Positions 1 to 10,197 of a DNA stretch of 64,000 nt are shown here, in pieces. The notes beneath the pieces are model-generated. The model saw only the letters and a program-made list of their open reading frames with translations. It was not told the DNA's origin and made no database searches. A program made the position numbers and the translations under genes. Origin of the DNA: Roseimaritima sp. (GTDB lineage Bacteria; Planctomycetota; Planctomycetia; Pirellulales; Pirellulaceae); NCBI GenBank assembly GCA_048267365.1, contig JBLWXR010000002.1, positions 44,240 to 108,239 on the forward strand, given 5' to 3'. Position 1 is the stretch's first letter; every line of letters starts with the position of its first letter.

Positions 1-351
1 TTCGTCGGCCGACAAGCGGGTGTCAAAGTACAGCTGGCGGCCGAGTTCGATTTTGGCTCGGGTAATCGGATTGTTTTCGGGCACAAACACATTCTGCTTG
101 GCGGCACTCAGCCCCAGGGGCAGTTCATAGTTCAACGGCTTGTGAACTTCCGGATTCATCAACCAGCGTTCAATTTCCGCCATTTCCAGCGGGCCTTCCC
201 CAGGGATCCCCGCAAATAGACTGTCGTCGCCTAAGGTGACGGTGGGGGAGTCCTGGGAATCCGCGGCGGTCGCCAGCGACGCCGTCGCGAGCAGGGGCAG
301 GGCGATGCTGAGCAGGCCAATGCCTACACATCTACTAGTCTGTGGCTGCAT
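1..351 (-). CDS. di-haem cytochrome c peroxidase (CCP/MauG) family protein, N-terminal part; gene continues past the window start
   Basis: Own minus-strand translation from ATG (351-349): MQPQTSRCVGIGLLSIALPLLATASLA (signal peptide) ... VPENNPITRAKIELGRQLYFDTRLSADE. That segment normally precedes the first CxxCH haem motif in this family. The ORF is open to the window edge, so it is absent from the supplied track. Confidence 0.7.
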   Translation of the reverse strand, partial: MQPQTSRCVGIGLLSIALPLLATASLATAADSQDSPTVTLGDDSLFAGIPGEGPLEMAEIERWLMNPEVHKPLNYELPLGLSAAKQNVFVPENNPITRAKIELGRQLYFDTRLSADE

Positions 352-437
352 ACGATAACGTGCTGCAATCATGGGTTGGCTCGTAATAAAGTTCGTGTTG
401 TAGGACATCGTGGACGACGAACCATGCATTATAAACG

Positions 438-1007
438 ATGGAAACGAAGTGGATGAAGTCTATGCCCCCTGCGACAATTCGAGACGCCACGACGACCGAT
501 CTGCCCGACATCCTGGCAATCCTGAACCAACAAATCACGGAATCCGTGGCCTCCTTTCGCATTGCCCCGTTGGACCACGCCGCCGGTCAGCGATGGTTCG
601 ACGCCCATCGCGATCCCAAGTACCCGGTGATCGTCGCCGTCCCGCCGTCGGCGTCGGTTTCCCCTGCAGAAAACGCTCCACCGCACCCCCAACTGGCCGG
701 CTGGGCGTCGTTGTCCCCCTGGTCGGAATACGAAGCCTACCATCGCACAGCGGAAATCTCCGTTTGGATTCACCCTCAGTGCCAACGCCAAGGCCTGGGC
801 CGACGGTTGATGGAAGAAATCATCACACGAGCCGCCGCGGTGCAGCATCGCGTCATCCTGTCACGCATCGAAGCCGGCAACGTCGGCAGCCTCAAACTGC
901 ACGAGTCGCTGGGCTTCCGCACCATTGGCACGATGCACCGCGTGGGCGAAAAATTCGACCGCCTGCTGGACGTGGTGATGCTGGAACGTTTGCTGGATGA
1001 ACCGTAG
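438..1007 (+). CDS. GNAT family N-acetyltransferase (phosphinothricin/amino-acid acetyltransferase-like)
   Basis: 189-aa ORF with an acetyl-CoA binding region, EISVWIHPQCQRQGLGRRLMEEII, and a PAT-like N-terminus, IRDATTTDLPDILAILNQ. Alternative ATG starts lie at 453 and 462. The TAG stop (1005-1007) lies inside a repeat-A copy. Confidence 0.75.
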   Translation: METKWMKSMPPATIRDATTTDLPDILAILNQQITESVASFRIAPLDHAAGQRWFDAHRDPKYPVIVAVPPSASVSPAENAPPHPQLAGWASLSPWSEYEAYHRTAEISVWIHPQCQRQGLGRRLMEEIITRAAAVQHRVILSRIEAGNVGSLKLHESLGFRTIGTMHRVGEKFDRLLDVVMLERLLDEP

Positions 1008-1070
1008 CCGAAGTCGCCAGACTTTGGACATCTTCGCCGTCCCGATCCAATCTCTGGCGAGATCGGCTAC
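1004..1070. repeat. Repeat family A, copy 1: 67-bp inverted-repeat (REP-like) element
   Basis: The arms gtagccgaagtcgccaga and tctggcgagatcggctac are reverse complements. The whole unit is nearly the reverse complement of the copy at 44492-44557. It lies between convergent genes. Confidence 0.85.
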
Positions 1071-1088
1071 CTGCGAGCGATGCGGTGC

Positions 1089-2090
1089 CTAGTCGCGGGT
1101 CAGCGTCCAACCTTCGGGCGGATCGGGCAGGGCAAAGGCGCGATGATAAGCTCGCTGCTGCGTTTCAATCCAGGCAGCCGTCTGACGATAGTGCTGGCAG
1201 TCACGCATTTGCAAAGCTTCGTGGATCTGTCGTCGAGCTGTGGAGAAGTCCTGCGCGGCTGCGGAAGCGATGGCCAGATTGTGTACCGCGGCGTGTTGCC
1301 GAGGGTGTGAATCCAACACGTCCGCCCAACGACTCGCCGCCGCAGGCCAATCGCCGGCAATCGCCAAGGCGTTGGCCTCGCGCACCAGCCGGCTGCCCGG
1401 TCGTGCCCACGGTCGAGCCAGTTCGACATCGGTGGTTTCGATGGCTGGCGTGACCAATCGCCAAGCCTCACGGCCCGCCGCGGTGGTCAGCGCCACAGGC
1501 GACGATGCGAGTTCAGGATAACGCTGGGCGAGCAAAGCTTTGTCCACAACCACGGCCCGATCAGCGACCGGCTTGGCCACCGAAACATCATACAGTCGCC
1601 ACACCACGGCCAAGCGGTCTGCGGAATCCGGCGGCGTGGAAGCTTGCGAATCCGTCGGCAAGCTCGGGGGCTGCTGCGACCGGCGAGCCTCCGACAGGAT
1701 TTCACCCATCAGCATCCAGTCCACACCAGCTTGCCGAGCCAACGCCAACAGCGTCAAATCGCTCATCGGCTCGGCCGAAGCCTGTTCCACCGCCGAGGCC
1801 AACATCACCGGTCCGTGAGCGGCCGCCTGCAACTGCTGGGGGCTGTACAAACTCAGATGTCGCCCGTCGTCCACCGGTTTTGAGGCATGCACAGCAGCCA
1901 GCACGTCTTCGGCCAACTGCGGCTCGCCCAGCAGCGGAGCGACCAAGATCCCCTGTCCCACAGCGGATTCGATTTGTGGCGGCTTCCACACGTACAACGA
2001 TGCGTCCGTGCGACACCCCAGCGTGACGGCCAACACCGCCAAGCTCAATCCGAATTGCATCTGTAAAAACGAAAATAGACGTGTACCCAT
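1089..2090 (-). CDS. hypothetical secreted protein or lipoprotein with TPR-like C-terminus
   Basis: 333-aa ORF. The hydrophobic N-terminus ends in AVTLGC (possible lipobox). The C-terminus has TPR-like helices (ALAIAGDWPAAASRWADVL ... HNLAIASAAAQDF). No family recognised. Confidence 0.55.
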   Translation of the reverse strand: MGTRLFSFLQMQFGLSLAVLAVTLGCRTDASLYVWKPPQIESAVGQGILVAPLLGEPQLAEDVLAAVHASKPVDDGRHLSLYSPQQLQAAAHGPVMLASAVEQASAEPMSDLTLLALARQAGVDWMLMGEILSEARRSQQPPSLPTDSQASTPPDSADRLAVVWRLYDVSVAKPVADRAVVVDKALLAQRYPELASSPVALTTAAGREAWRLVTPAIETTDVELARPWARPGSRLVREANALAIAGDWPAAASRWADVLDSHPRQHAAVHNLAIASAAAQDFSTARRQIHEALQMRDCQHYRQTAAWIETQQRAYHRAFALPDPPEGWTLTRD

Positions 2091-2260
2091 AGCGCTGCAG
2101 CAGTCCGTACCAAGCCCGTCCGCCGCAAGTCAAGAGAAACCAGCGAATCATTCCATTCCTCTGTCCCCCAGCCCGCCCTCAAGCCCCCGTTTTCAGCGAA
2201 ACATTGAACACCGACCAGGGTTCCTACACCAGAGTCCCCCACGCGAAAGAGCCGAGCACC

Positions 2261-3259
2261 ATGAAGAATCTCTACGACATTCCGTACTGCGCCGTGATCT
2301 GTCTGCTAGCCCTATTGCCCGCTCCGGGCGGCTTCGCGCAGAGTCTAGGCCCGGATCACTCTGGGACTCCAAAGGTCATCGACCTGCCCAACAACCTTGA
2401 CAAAGCCCGCGGCCGCAACATCCCGGTGACCTTCCATATGCCCAGCCTTAAGAGCGCCCAGCCGTTGGTGTTGGTTTCTCACGGGGGCGCGGGCAGTCGC
2501 CATGGGATGTACGCCCTGGCGGCTGAGACGGCGCGGCAGGGCTACGTGGTCATGTGCCTGGAACACGTGACCAGCAACACCGAGGACATTCGCCGCCGGA
2601 TGCGAACCAAAGGACTGGGGTTTCGCGACGCCCTGCGAGATTGCGGCGACGATATCACGGCGCGGAAAAACCGACCGCTGGACGTCCGGTTTGCAATCGA
2701 TCTGGCGGAACAACTGAACCGCGCGGACGCCAGGTTCCAAGGGCGTATCGACCTCTCCCAAATCGCCATCGTCGGGCACTCCTACGGCGCCTACACCGCG
2801 ATGGTCGCCTGCGGAGTGAAACCGGTCGACATCGATGGCGATCTGAGCGAACCGCGGGTCAAGCTGGGCATTGCGCTGAGCCCGCAGAGTTCCAACGGTA
2901 ATTTCTTCGACGAGAATAGTTTTTCCAAAGTCACGGTTCCGTTTGTAGGCATCTCCGGAACGCGCGATTTGTCGGGCGATGGCCACCGAGACTTTTTTGA
3001 ACGGATGCCCAAAGGCGACAAACATCTGCTGTGGTTTCACGATGCCAACCACTTCAGTTTCTCGGATCCCACGGGAAGTCCTTCCCGCACGTTGCTGCGG
3101 CCCGACACCGACGTCACCAAGGCCTTGAAAGTGATCGTGCCCGAGATCCTGGACAGCTACCTCCGCGACGAACCGCCGCTGGATGAAGCCACCCGCAAAC
3201 AACTTGTCGATCGCAGCCTCGGCGGCAAAGTCCGTCGCATCGAGTGGCATGTGAATTGA
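2261..3259 (+). CDS. secreted alpha/beta hydrolase (PAF-acetylhydrolase / dienelactone-hydrolase-like esterase)
   Basis: ORF 2204-3259, with the start moved to ATG 2261 ([28 protein letters not shown] signal peptide). Nucleophile elbow GHSYG ([14 protein letters not shown]) and [11 protein letters not shown]. Confidence 0.7.
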   Translation: MKNLYDIPYCAVICLLALLPAPGGFAQSLGPDHSGTPKVIDLPNNLDKARGRNIPVTFHMPSLKSAQPLVLVSHGGAGSRHGMYALAAETARQGYVVMCLEHVTSNTEDIRRRMRTKGLGFRDALRDCGDDITARKNRPLDVRFAIDLAEQLNRADARFQGRIDLSQIAIVGHSYGAYTAMVACGVKPVDIDGDLSEPRVKLGIALSPQSSNGNFFDENSFSKVTVPFVGISGTRDLSGDGHRDFFERMPKGDKHLLWFHDANHFSFSDPTGSPSRTLLRPDTDVTKALKVIVPEILDSYLRDEPPLDEATRKQLVDRSLGGKVRRIEWHVN

Positions 3260-3369
3260 TGCCTCTCCCGTAGCCTGACTCCCCGAGGGGCGCATCCTAC
3301 GAGCCGCGGCAACTGACAATGGCGCGGTGGTCAGCGCATCGCAAGCAGCGAAAGCAAGCGGGCGAGCAT

Positions 3370-3417
3370 CAGCCGCGTAGCGGCGGTCGCGTAAAGCCTG
3401 GGGGCGCGAGCCCCAGG
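3370..3417. repeat. Repeat family B, solo 48-bp unit
   Basis: cagccgcgtagcggcggtcgcgtaaagcctgggggcgcgagccccagg matches the terminal units of the composite elements at 10285-10472 and 16695-16884. It contains the hairpin cctgggg(g)cgcgagccccagg. Confidence 0.8.
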
Positions 3418-3508
3418 ATTAGTCTAGGCTTCGCGCCGCGTTGTCATCGTGAACCCATTACACTATGTGGCATTCCCACCCGTTTCCTTGCGTCCCTCCC
3501 AGACCACG

Positions 3509-5257
3509 ATGCCAACTTTCCCCTCCCGTGACTCTCGTCCTACCTATGCTCGCGGCTTAGGACGTCGCCGTTTTCTTGAATTCTGCGGGCTTGGTGCTGC
3601 CTCCGCGTATTATCCCAACATCGCCGCCGCCGTGGCTGCCGATCGCCCTGGTGACGAAATGGCTATCGATGTGGTGATCATCGGTGGAGGCCTGGGTGGC
3701 TGTGCCGCGGCGCTGGCCGCGACGCGGATGGGAAAACGCGTGCTATTGACCGAGCCCACCGACTGGCTGGGCGGACAACTGAGCCAACAGGGCGTACCGC
3801 CAGACGAACACAGCCATATTGAGTCGCATGGTTGCACGGCCAGCTACCGTGAATTCCGTGAACAGGTTCGCAACTTCTATCGCCGTCATTACCCGCTGAC
3901 CGCAGCGGCCAAGTCGAATCCTCGACTCAATCCAGGCAATGGCTCGGTGTCGCGACTTTGTCATGAACCCCGTGTTGCCGTCGCGGTTTTGGACGCCATG
4001 TTGGCCCCTGCGGTCAGCGCTGGCCGCTTAACCGTGTTGCTCAACACCCAGCCCCTGAAAGCGGATATCGATGGGGACCAAATTCGATCGGTTACGTTGA
4101 CCACCAGTGAAGGGCAATCGATTCAAGTCACGGCGCCGTATTTTATTGACGCCAGTGAACAGGGTGATCTGTTACCGCTGACCAACACCGAGTTTGTCAC
4201 GGGAGCCGAATCGCAACAACAAACCGGAGAAGCACACGCGCCGCAGCAAGCCGCTCCGGATAACATCCAATCGTTTACGTGGTGTTTTGCCATCGACCAC
4301 ATCGACGGTGAGGACCACACCATCGACAAACCCGCCCAGTATGATTTCTGGAGCAACCACACCCCTGATTTAACTCCGCCGTGGCCCGGCAAACTGCTAT
4401 CCCTGCAGTACTCCAAACCGAACACGCTCAAACCGCATGATCTGGATTTTGTGCCGCCGACCAAGGGCGGCCCGCCACCCAAAACCAAAGCTTTGAACCT
4501 GTGGCTGTACCGCCGCATCATTGATCCGGCGAATTTTCTCCCCGGCAGCTACGACAGCGGAGTGACGATCGTCAACTGGCCGCAAAACGATTACATGCTG
4601 GGGAACTTGATCACGGGCGACGAACAAGAAATCGCCCGACATCGCGAAGGCGCTCGGCAACTTAGCCTGTCGCTGCTGTACTGGCTGCAGACCGAAGCCC
4701 CTCGGCCGGACGGAGGTGCCGGCTGGCCAGGACTCCGCTTGCGGAAAGACATCATGGACACCGCCGATGGCTTGGCCAAGTATCCCTACATCCGCGAATC
4801 GCGACGGATCAAAGCAGAGTTTACGATCCTGGAGCAACACATCTCTTTGGCCGACCGCAAGGCACTGCTCAAAAACCAAAACGACAAAGCGACCGCGGCT
4901 TCGTTTCACGACTCGGTCGGCATCGGCTACTACCACTTGGATCTTCATCCCAGCAGCGGGGGCGATAACTACATCGACTTTTCCAGCGTCCCCTTTCAAA
5001 TCCCCTTGGGTGCATTGCTCCCGCAGCGAACGCAGAATTTAATTGCCGGCTGCAAAAACATCGGCACCACTCACCTCAGCAACGGCTGTTACCGATTGCA
5101 CCCGGTGGAGTGGAGTATCGGCGAAGCCGCCGGGGCGCTGGCCGCGCATTGCCTCGATCAACGCGACAGCCCCCGTGGAATTCGCAACCGACCCAAGGCG
5201 CTGGACAACTTCCAGAGCGTGCTAGAGGGGCAAGGTTTCGAACTGGCATGGTCGTAG
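3509..5257 (+). CDS. Tat-exported FAD-dependent oxidoreductase (FAD_oxidored-type), substrate unknown
   Basis: ORF 3449-5257. ATG 3509 gives a twin-arginine signal, RGLGRRRFLEFCGLGAASA. Dinucleotide-binding motif VVIIGGGLGGCAAALAATRMGKRVLLTE. Confidence 0.7.
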   Translation: MPTFPSRDSRPTYARGLGRRRFLEFCGLGAASAYYPNIAAAVAADRPGDEMAIDVVIIGGGLGGCAAALAATRMGKRVLLTEPTDWLGGQLSQQGVPPDEHSHIESHGCTASYREFREQVRNFYRRHYPLTAAAKSNPRLNPGNGSVSRLCHEPRVAVAVLDAMLAPAVSAGRLTVLLNTQPLKADIDGDQIRSVTLTTSEGQSIQVTAPYFIDASEQGDLLPLTNTEFVTGAESQQQTGEAHAPQQAAPDNIQSFTWCFAIDHIDGEDHTIDKPAQYDFWSNHTPDLTPPWPGKLLSLQYSKPNTLKPHDLDFVPPTKGGPPPKTKALNLWLYRRIIDPANFLPGSYDSGVTIVNWPQNDYMLGNLITGDEQEIARHREGARQLSLSLLYWLQTEAPRPDGGAGWPGLRLRKDIMDTADGLAKYPYIRESRRIKAEFTILEQHISLADRKALLKNQNDKATAASFHDSVGIGYYHLDLHPSSGGDNYIDFSSVPFQIPLGALLPQRTQNLIAGCKNIGTTHLSNGCYRLHPVEWSIGEAAGALAAHCLDQRDSPRGIRNRPKALDNFQSVLEGQGFELAWS

Positions 5258-5264
5258 TTCGCTC

Positions 5265-5601
5265 GGGACGTGAAAAGAATAAGTGACCGAAGCGTGTCCC
5301 CCCTCCCCCGAAATGGTCGCGGCGAAGTTCTCCATTTCAAGGAGGTGTGACCGCGACCGTTTCGGGGGAGGGGGTTAGGGGGAGGGGCACGCGGGGCCGC
5401 GGATTTGCCGGTTAGCCGTTGTGCTGATTGGTAGTGAGCTTGAAGTAGCCGAGGTGACGCGGGTTGCGCGCATCGGCCCCTCCCCCTAACCCCCTCCCCC
5501 AAATATTTCGCGACCAATTTTGGAGATAATGGATAACGTTATGCGCGAAAGAGTTGGGGGAGGGGGGACCGGAATTGCGTCACTTATCCTTTTCACGTCC
5601 C
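5265..5601. repeat. 337-bp nested-palindrome element bounded by 23-bp terminal inverted repeats (MITE-like; repeat family C)
   Basis: The terminal inverted repeats gggacgtgaaaagaataagtgac (5265-5287) and gtcacttatccttttcacgtccc (5579-5601) are complementary at 22 of 23 positions. Inside are two direct copies of a C/G-rich hairpin module (5301-5372; 5491-5565) and an 18-bp perfect long-range pairing (5371-5388 with 5476-5493). It lies between convergent genes. Confidence 0.85.
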
Positions 5602-5662
5602 CCGCGAACATAACGTTTTTGTCAGTGTCCCTGCGTTGTGTTCGCGGAGCGAACAACGACCA

Positions 5663-7717
5663 TTACAACCCTTCGATCGTTTTGAGCGCTTCGGGGCCGC
5701 TTTGGGGGGCGTCGCAGGTGTAGTTTTTACAGACGTAGACCGTGGCTTGTCCGTCTTGCGGATTTTTGCCGGCGAGCAATTTGGCCAGCGGGCCTTTGTC
5801 CGGAGCTTCGCCGGTCACAATCGCGATCGTGGTGTGCGGCAAAAACTTGCGGAACAACGCGTCCAACAAAGCTTGATTGGCTTCGGCTGTCGGTGCCGAT
5901 ACGACGACTTGCCGATCGCCGTGGTGCCAAAGGTCTAATGCCAACAATAACTTGGCCGCCGCCGCGGCTTGCTTTTCGATGACCTCGGTGCCGGCTACCA
6001 ACGTACGCTCGGCGGCTTGCAAAAACGACTCATTGTCGGTCAGTCGCCCCAGTCGAATCAGGCCGGCTGCCGCCGAACCGTTGGAACTGGGGATGCTGTT
6101 GTCGTGCCAGTCCTTGGTTCGCGAAATCAAGGCTTCGGCATCATCGGCCGTGTAGAAGAAACCACCGGCCTGATCATCCTCGAAATGTTCGATCATCTGC
6201 TCGGCCAGTTTTGTCGCCCGCTCGATCCACCGCGCCCGACCGGTGGCTTCGTACAAAGCCACGAACGCTTCGATCGTGTAAGCGTAGTCGTCCAGATAAG
6301 CCGCTAGATGCGCGTGCCCGTCGCGGAAAGCATGCAGCAACCGACCGTCTTCGCCCCGCATTGTTTCCCACACAAACGACGCCGCTTGTTCAGCCGCCGC
6401 GGCATATTCCGGTTTGCCCAATACGCGACTGCCCAGCGAGAGAGCTTCGATCGCCAAGCCGTTCCAGCTGGTCAGCACCTTGTCATCACGGCCCGGATGG
6501 ATGCGTTTATCGCGATGCAACCTCAGCTTCTCGCGGTCTTCGGCCAACTCTTTCATCACGGTGGGCAAATCCCAGCCGTTGTCTTCAGCCAATTTGGCGA
6601 TCGGCACGGGCAGGTTCAGAATGTTGTGGCCTTCGAAATTGCCGCCCGGCGTGACGTCGTAGATTTGTGTAAACCGGCGGCCCCGCTGCTCCCCCAGCAC
6701 CGACACGACTTCGTCGACGCTCCAGACGTAAAACTTGCCTTCTTCACCTTCGCTATCGGCGTCTTCACTGCTGTGAATTCCGCCCGCCGCATCGGTCATG
6801 TCGCGGACCAGGTACCGCAGCGTTTCATCGGCGACGGTGGCGTAGTTCTCGTCGCCGGTCAGTTGATAAGCGTGCAGGTAGGCGGAGGCCAAGCCGCCGT
6901 TGTCGTACAACATCTTTTCGAAGTGGGGCACCAACCAGCGCTCGTCGACGCTGTAACGCGCAAACCCGCCGCCCAGGTGATCGTAGATACCGCCCGCGGC
7001 CATCTTGTCCAGCGTCGTCCGCACGGCCGCGATCGCTGCCGCATCGGGGCGACGATGGTGACAGCGCAACAGCAACTCGATATCGGTCACATGCGGAAAC
7101 TTAGGAGCCTGCCCGAAGCCGCCCCATTTGTCGTCATGCACTCGGATCAAACGCTGACAGGCTTGATCGATGGTGGCCACCGCTGCCACCGCGGTGGCAG
7201 CCGATGCGGGCCCCGAAGCGATCTGTTTCAGCGATTCGGTAATCTCATCGGCAAACTTATTGGCGTCGGCTTGGCGGTCATTCCAAGCATCAGCAACCGC
7301 GTCGATCACCGTGGGAAACCCCGGCATTCCGGCTCGCGGCGCAGGCGGCCAGTAGGTGCCGGCGTAGAACGGTTTGCGATCCGGAGTCAGGAACACGTTC
7401 AACGGCCAGCCGCCTTGGCCGGTCATCATCTGCGCGGCATTCATATAGATTTGGTCGATGTCGGGACGTTCTTCCCGGTCGACTTTGATGCACACAAAGT
7501 GTTCGTTCAACTTGGCCGCGATGGCTTCGTTTTCGAAACTTTCGTGCTCCATCACATGGCACCAATGACAAGCCGCATAGCCGATCGACAGAAAGATCGG
7601 CTTGTTTTCCTGTTTGGCTTTGTCGAGCGCTTCTTTGCCCCACGGATACCAGTCGACCGGATTGTCCTTGTGCTGCAGCAGGTAAGGACTGCGCGCGTTC
7701 GCTAGTTTGTTGGGCAT
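5663..7717 (-). CDS. thioredoxin-domain (DUF255) protein, YyaL/SSP411 family
   Basis: 684 aa with the signature [52 protein letters not shown], followed by a long alpha-toroid-like C-terminal domain. Confidence 0.85.
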   Translation of the reverse strand: MPNKLANARSPYLLQHKDNPVDWYPWGKEALDKAKQENKPIFLSIGYAACHWCHVMEHESFENEAIAAKLNEHFVCIKVDREERPDIDQIYMNAAQMMTGQGGWPLNVFLTPDRKPFYAGTYWPPAPRAGMPGFPTVIDAVADAWNDRQADANKFADEITESLKQIASGPASAATAVAAVATIDQACQRLIRVHDDKWGGFGQAPKFPHVTDIELLLRCHHRRPDAAAIAAVRTTLDKMAAGGIYDHLGGGFARYSVDERWLVPHFEKMLYDNGGLASAYLHAYQLTGDENYATVADETLRYLVRDMTDAAGGIHSSEDADSEGEEGKFYVWSVDEVVSVLGEQRGRRFTQIYDVTPGGNFEGHNILNLPVPIAKLAEDNGWDLPTVMKELAEDREKLRLHRDKRIHPGRDDKVLTSWNGLAIEALSLGSRVLGKPEYAAAAEQAASFVWETMRGEDGRLLHAFRDGHAHLAAYLDDYAYTIEAFVALYEATGRARWIERATKLAEQMIEHFEDDQAGGFFYTADDAEALISRTKDWHDNSIPSSNGSAAAGLIRLGRLTDNESFLQAAERTLVAGTEVIEKQAAAAAKLLLALDLWHHGDRQVVVSAPTAEANQALLDALFRKFLPHTTIAIVTGEAPDKGPLAKLLAGKNPQDGQATVYVCKNYTCDAPQSGPEALKTIEGL

Positions 7718-7726
7718 CGAAACTTC

Positions 7727-9316
7727 CTAATTGGAGACGTCGGCTTGAGTCCATTGACCGTCAATGTAACGCCACGTGCTGCCGGTGGGATTTTTGTCGG
7801 CCAACCAGCAGGGCAACCGATCGGGCCGCACATTGTCGTAACTGGTCAACTTGGCGAATCGAGAAATCGACGTGGGGATACCGACGGCGGTGAACCCGGG
7901 ATGTCCGGTGGCCGGGTAGGGTCCGCCATGGTTCATGGCGGCGCTGACGGCCACGCCGGTGGGCATTTTGTCGTTCAACAACCGGCCCACGCGGGGCGTC
8001 ATGGCGAAGGCCAACTGTTCGTAAGCCGCTTCGTCGCTGCCGTCGGTGGCCGTGTACAAGCAACCCGTCAGATTACCTTCCAGCGAATCGATGACTTGGG
8101 TGGCCTGGTCCAGATCGTCGGCGATCACGAACAACGATGCATTACCAAAGGCTTCGGTCAGAAACACTTCCGGGTCCTGCAAGAATTGCTGACCGCTGCA
8201 TTGCAGCAAGGTGTTGGAAACCGCACATCGATTGGGTTCCGACGAACCGTCGCCGGCCAACCGCTGGGCGCCGGCGTCGACCAGGGTTTTTACGCTGCTG
8301 CTGAGCGAATCGGCAACCGCCGGGGACAACAGCGTGCCGGCCGGGGCGGATTGAAAACGTTCGCGGACAGCGTTCACAAACGCTTCGCTCTCGGCTCCGG
8401 CAACCAGCACGACCATGCCGGGGTTGGTGCAGAACTGGCCGGTGCCCATCAATGCACTCGTGACAAATTCATTGACGATGTCTTCCGAGCGTTCTTTCAA
8501 CGCGGCCGGTGTGATCACCACCGGGTTGACGCTGGACAGTTCCAAATAGATCGGTTTGCCGGCGGCATCCGCGGCGGCTTTGAGCGCCAAACCGGCGCGG
8601 CGACTGCCCGTGTATCCGGTCGCGCCACAGCGAGGATCGGCCACCAACCGGGCGCCGTCGTCGTGACTGGTGCGGTAGATCAGCTGCACCGTGGCGGCCG
8701 GCAAGCCAGCCGACTCGACAGCCGCAAAGGCTTGCTCGGCCAACAGCCGGGTCGTTTCGGGATGCGACGTGTTGGCTTTGGCGATCACCGGGTTGCCCGC
8801 GGCGATGGCGGCGGCGAAATCACCGCCGGCGACGCTGTTAAAAGCGAAGGGGAAATTGTTGGGACCAAACACACACACCGGGCCCAGGGATTCGTAACAC
8901 GACCGAATCCCGGCTTTGGTATCGATCACCGGCGACACCCAGTCTCCGTTGACCACCGCAGCGGCGGCCAGTTTCAATTGATTGACCGTGCGCGGCAATT
9001 CGACGTCGGCCAGCCGAGGACTTTTGGCCAGGCCGGTTTCGCTGTACGCGGCTTCGACCAAAGCGTCCGCGGCGGATTGCAGATTGTCGGCAAAGGCCAG
9101 CAAGAAGTCGGCGATTTTTTGCCGTGGCAATTTCCGCAGTTCTACCGCGGCGGCGGACGCAGCGGCTAACGCCGCATCGCAGTCCTGCCAGGAACTGACG
9201 GGGAAATGATGGGGCAGCGGTTCGCGAGTGTTCGGATTGGTGGCTTGAAAGCTGCCGGTTGCCGAAGCCGCGCGCCACTGACCATCGATCAATACAGGTT
9301 GAGTTTCAGAATTCAT
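7727..9316 (-). CDS. aldehyde dehydrogenase, alpha-ketoglutarate-semialdehyde (2,5-dioxovalerate) dehydrogenase-like
   Basis: 529 aa of the ALDH superfamily, with the catalytic Cys in GQFCTNPG and the Glu in YLELSSVNP. The N-terminus LIDGQWRAA..FQATNP and the length fit KGSADH-type enzymes. It lies 11 bp downstream of the FAH-family gene. Confidence 0.7.
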   Translation of the reverse strand: MNSETQPVLIDGQWRAASATGSFQATNPNTREPLPHHFPVSSWQDCDAALAAASAAAVELRKLPRQKIADFLLAFADNLQSAADALVEAAYSETGLAKSPRLADVELPRTVNQLKLAAAAVVNGDWVSPVIDTKAGIRSCYESLGPVCVFGPNNFPFAFNSVAGGDFAAAIAAGNPVIAKANTSHPETTRLLAEQAFAAVESAGLPAATVQLIYRTSHDDGARLVADPRCGATGYTGSRRAGLALKAAADAAGKPIYLELSSVNPVVITPAALKERSEDIVNEFVTSALMGTGQFCTNPGMVVLVAGAESEAFVNAVRERFQSAPAGTLLSPAVADSLSSSVKTLVDAGAQRLAGDGSSEPNRCAVSNTLLQCSGQQFLQDPEVFLTEAFGNASLFVIADDLDQATQVIDSLEGNLTGCLYTATDGSDEAAYEQLAFAMTPRVGRLLNDKMPTGVAVSAAMNHGGPYPATGHPGFTAVGIPTSISRFAKLTSYDNVRPDRLPCWLADKNPTGSTWRYIDGQWTQADVSN

Positions 9317-9327
9317 GAATCGCTAAT

Positions 9328-10197
9328 TTACTTGGATGGAGCGTTGTCTTGAAAAATCGAATTGGAAAGCGTGCCGACTCCGTCGATCGTGATGTCGACG
9401 ACGTCGCCAGGCTGCAGCGTGAAGGGGCTGTCCGGAACGATGCCGGTTCCGGTCATTAAAAACACGCCGTTGGGGAAGGGGTTTTCGCGAGCGAGCCAGC
9501 TGACCAGATCCTCAAAGCCGCGAGCCATCTGGTCGGCCGCGGTGCGTTCGTCGTAGATCGTTTCGCCGTCGCGGTGAATCTGCAACCGCACCCCGATTTG
9601 GTCCACCGGCGGCAGCGGCGACGCCAGTGTGATCCAAGGCCCCAACCCGGCACAGGCGTCGTAGCACTTGGCCTGCGGCAGGTACAACGGATTCTCGCCT
9701 TCGATATCGCGCGAGCTCATATCGTTGCCGATCGTGTAGCCGACGATCTTCATCGCGCTGGAGATCACCAGCGTGATTTCCGGTTCCGGCACATTCCATT
9801 TGGAATCGTAGCGGATCCGCAGCGGTTGGCCGTGGCCGCGGACGCGATTCGGCGTGGCTTTGAAAAAGATTTCCGGTCGATCGGCCGTGTAGACGCGGTC
9901 GTAACACGAGGCCGCTGCTTCGGATTCTTCCATCCGAGCGGTCTGGCTGCGGCGATAGGTGACGCCGGCCGCCCACACCTCTTGCTGGTCGATCGGCGGC
10001 AACAGCGTGACACCGCTCAGCGGTATCGCGGCCGCGGTGGGCAACTGTGCGGCGGTCGCCAACGGATCGTCGGCTTCCAGCAAATCGCTTAACCGCTGCA
10101 GGCCTGCCGAGTGCAGGTCCAACGGCAGGATCGAGTCGTCTTCGACGCGGCCAACGGCGACCGCGGATTCACCGTGTAGGAATTTTGCAATTTTCAT
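9328..10197 (-). CDS. fumarylacetoacetate hydrolase (FAH) family protein, 2-keto-3-deoxy-pentonate dehydratase (KdaD/XylX)-like
   Basis: ORF 9328-10527, trimmed to ATG 10197 ([11 protein letters not shown]...) because the upstream 110 codons only translate a repeat-B element. FAH-fold segments are [20 protein letters not shown] and [14 protein letters not shown]. Confidence 0.7.
   Translation of the reverse strand: MKIAKFLHGESAVAVGRVEDDSILPLDLHSAGLQRLSDLLEADDPLATAAQLPTAAAIPLSGVTLLPPIDQQEVWAAGVTYRRSQTARMEESEAAASCYDRVYTADRPEIFFKATPNRVRGHGQPLRIRYDSKWNVPEPEITLVISSAMKIVGYTIGNDMSSRDIEGENPLYLPQAKCYDACAGLGPWITLASPLPPVDQIGVRLQIHRDGETIYDERTAADQMARGFEDLVSWLARENPFPNGVFLMTGTGIVPDSPFTLQPGDVVDITIDGVGTLSNSIFQDNAPSK

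Noticed and set aside
5158-5723. ORFs 5158-5517 (-) and 5520-5723 (+) in the gap between the oxidoreductase and YyaL genes
   Set aside because: They are made of the G/C-tract palindromic element (5265-5601). The peptides are repeat read-through (GGGGTG, PPPNPLP).
6308-9169. Long plus-strand ORFs 6308-7705 (465 aa) and 7745-9169 (474 aa)
   Set aside because: They are antisense to the well-supported YyaL and aldehyde dehydrogenase genes. Their translations are Arg/Gly/His/Val-rich with no motifs. They are typical stop-poor shadow frames of a high-GC genome.
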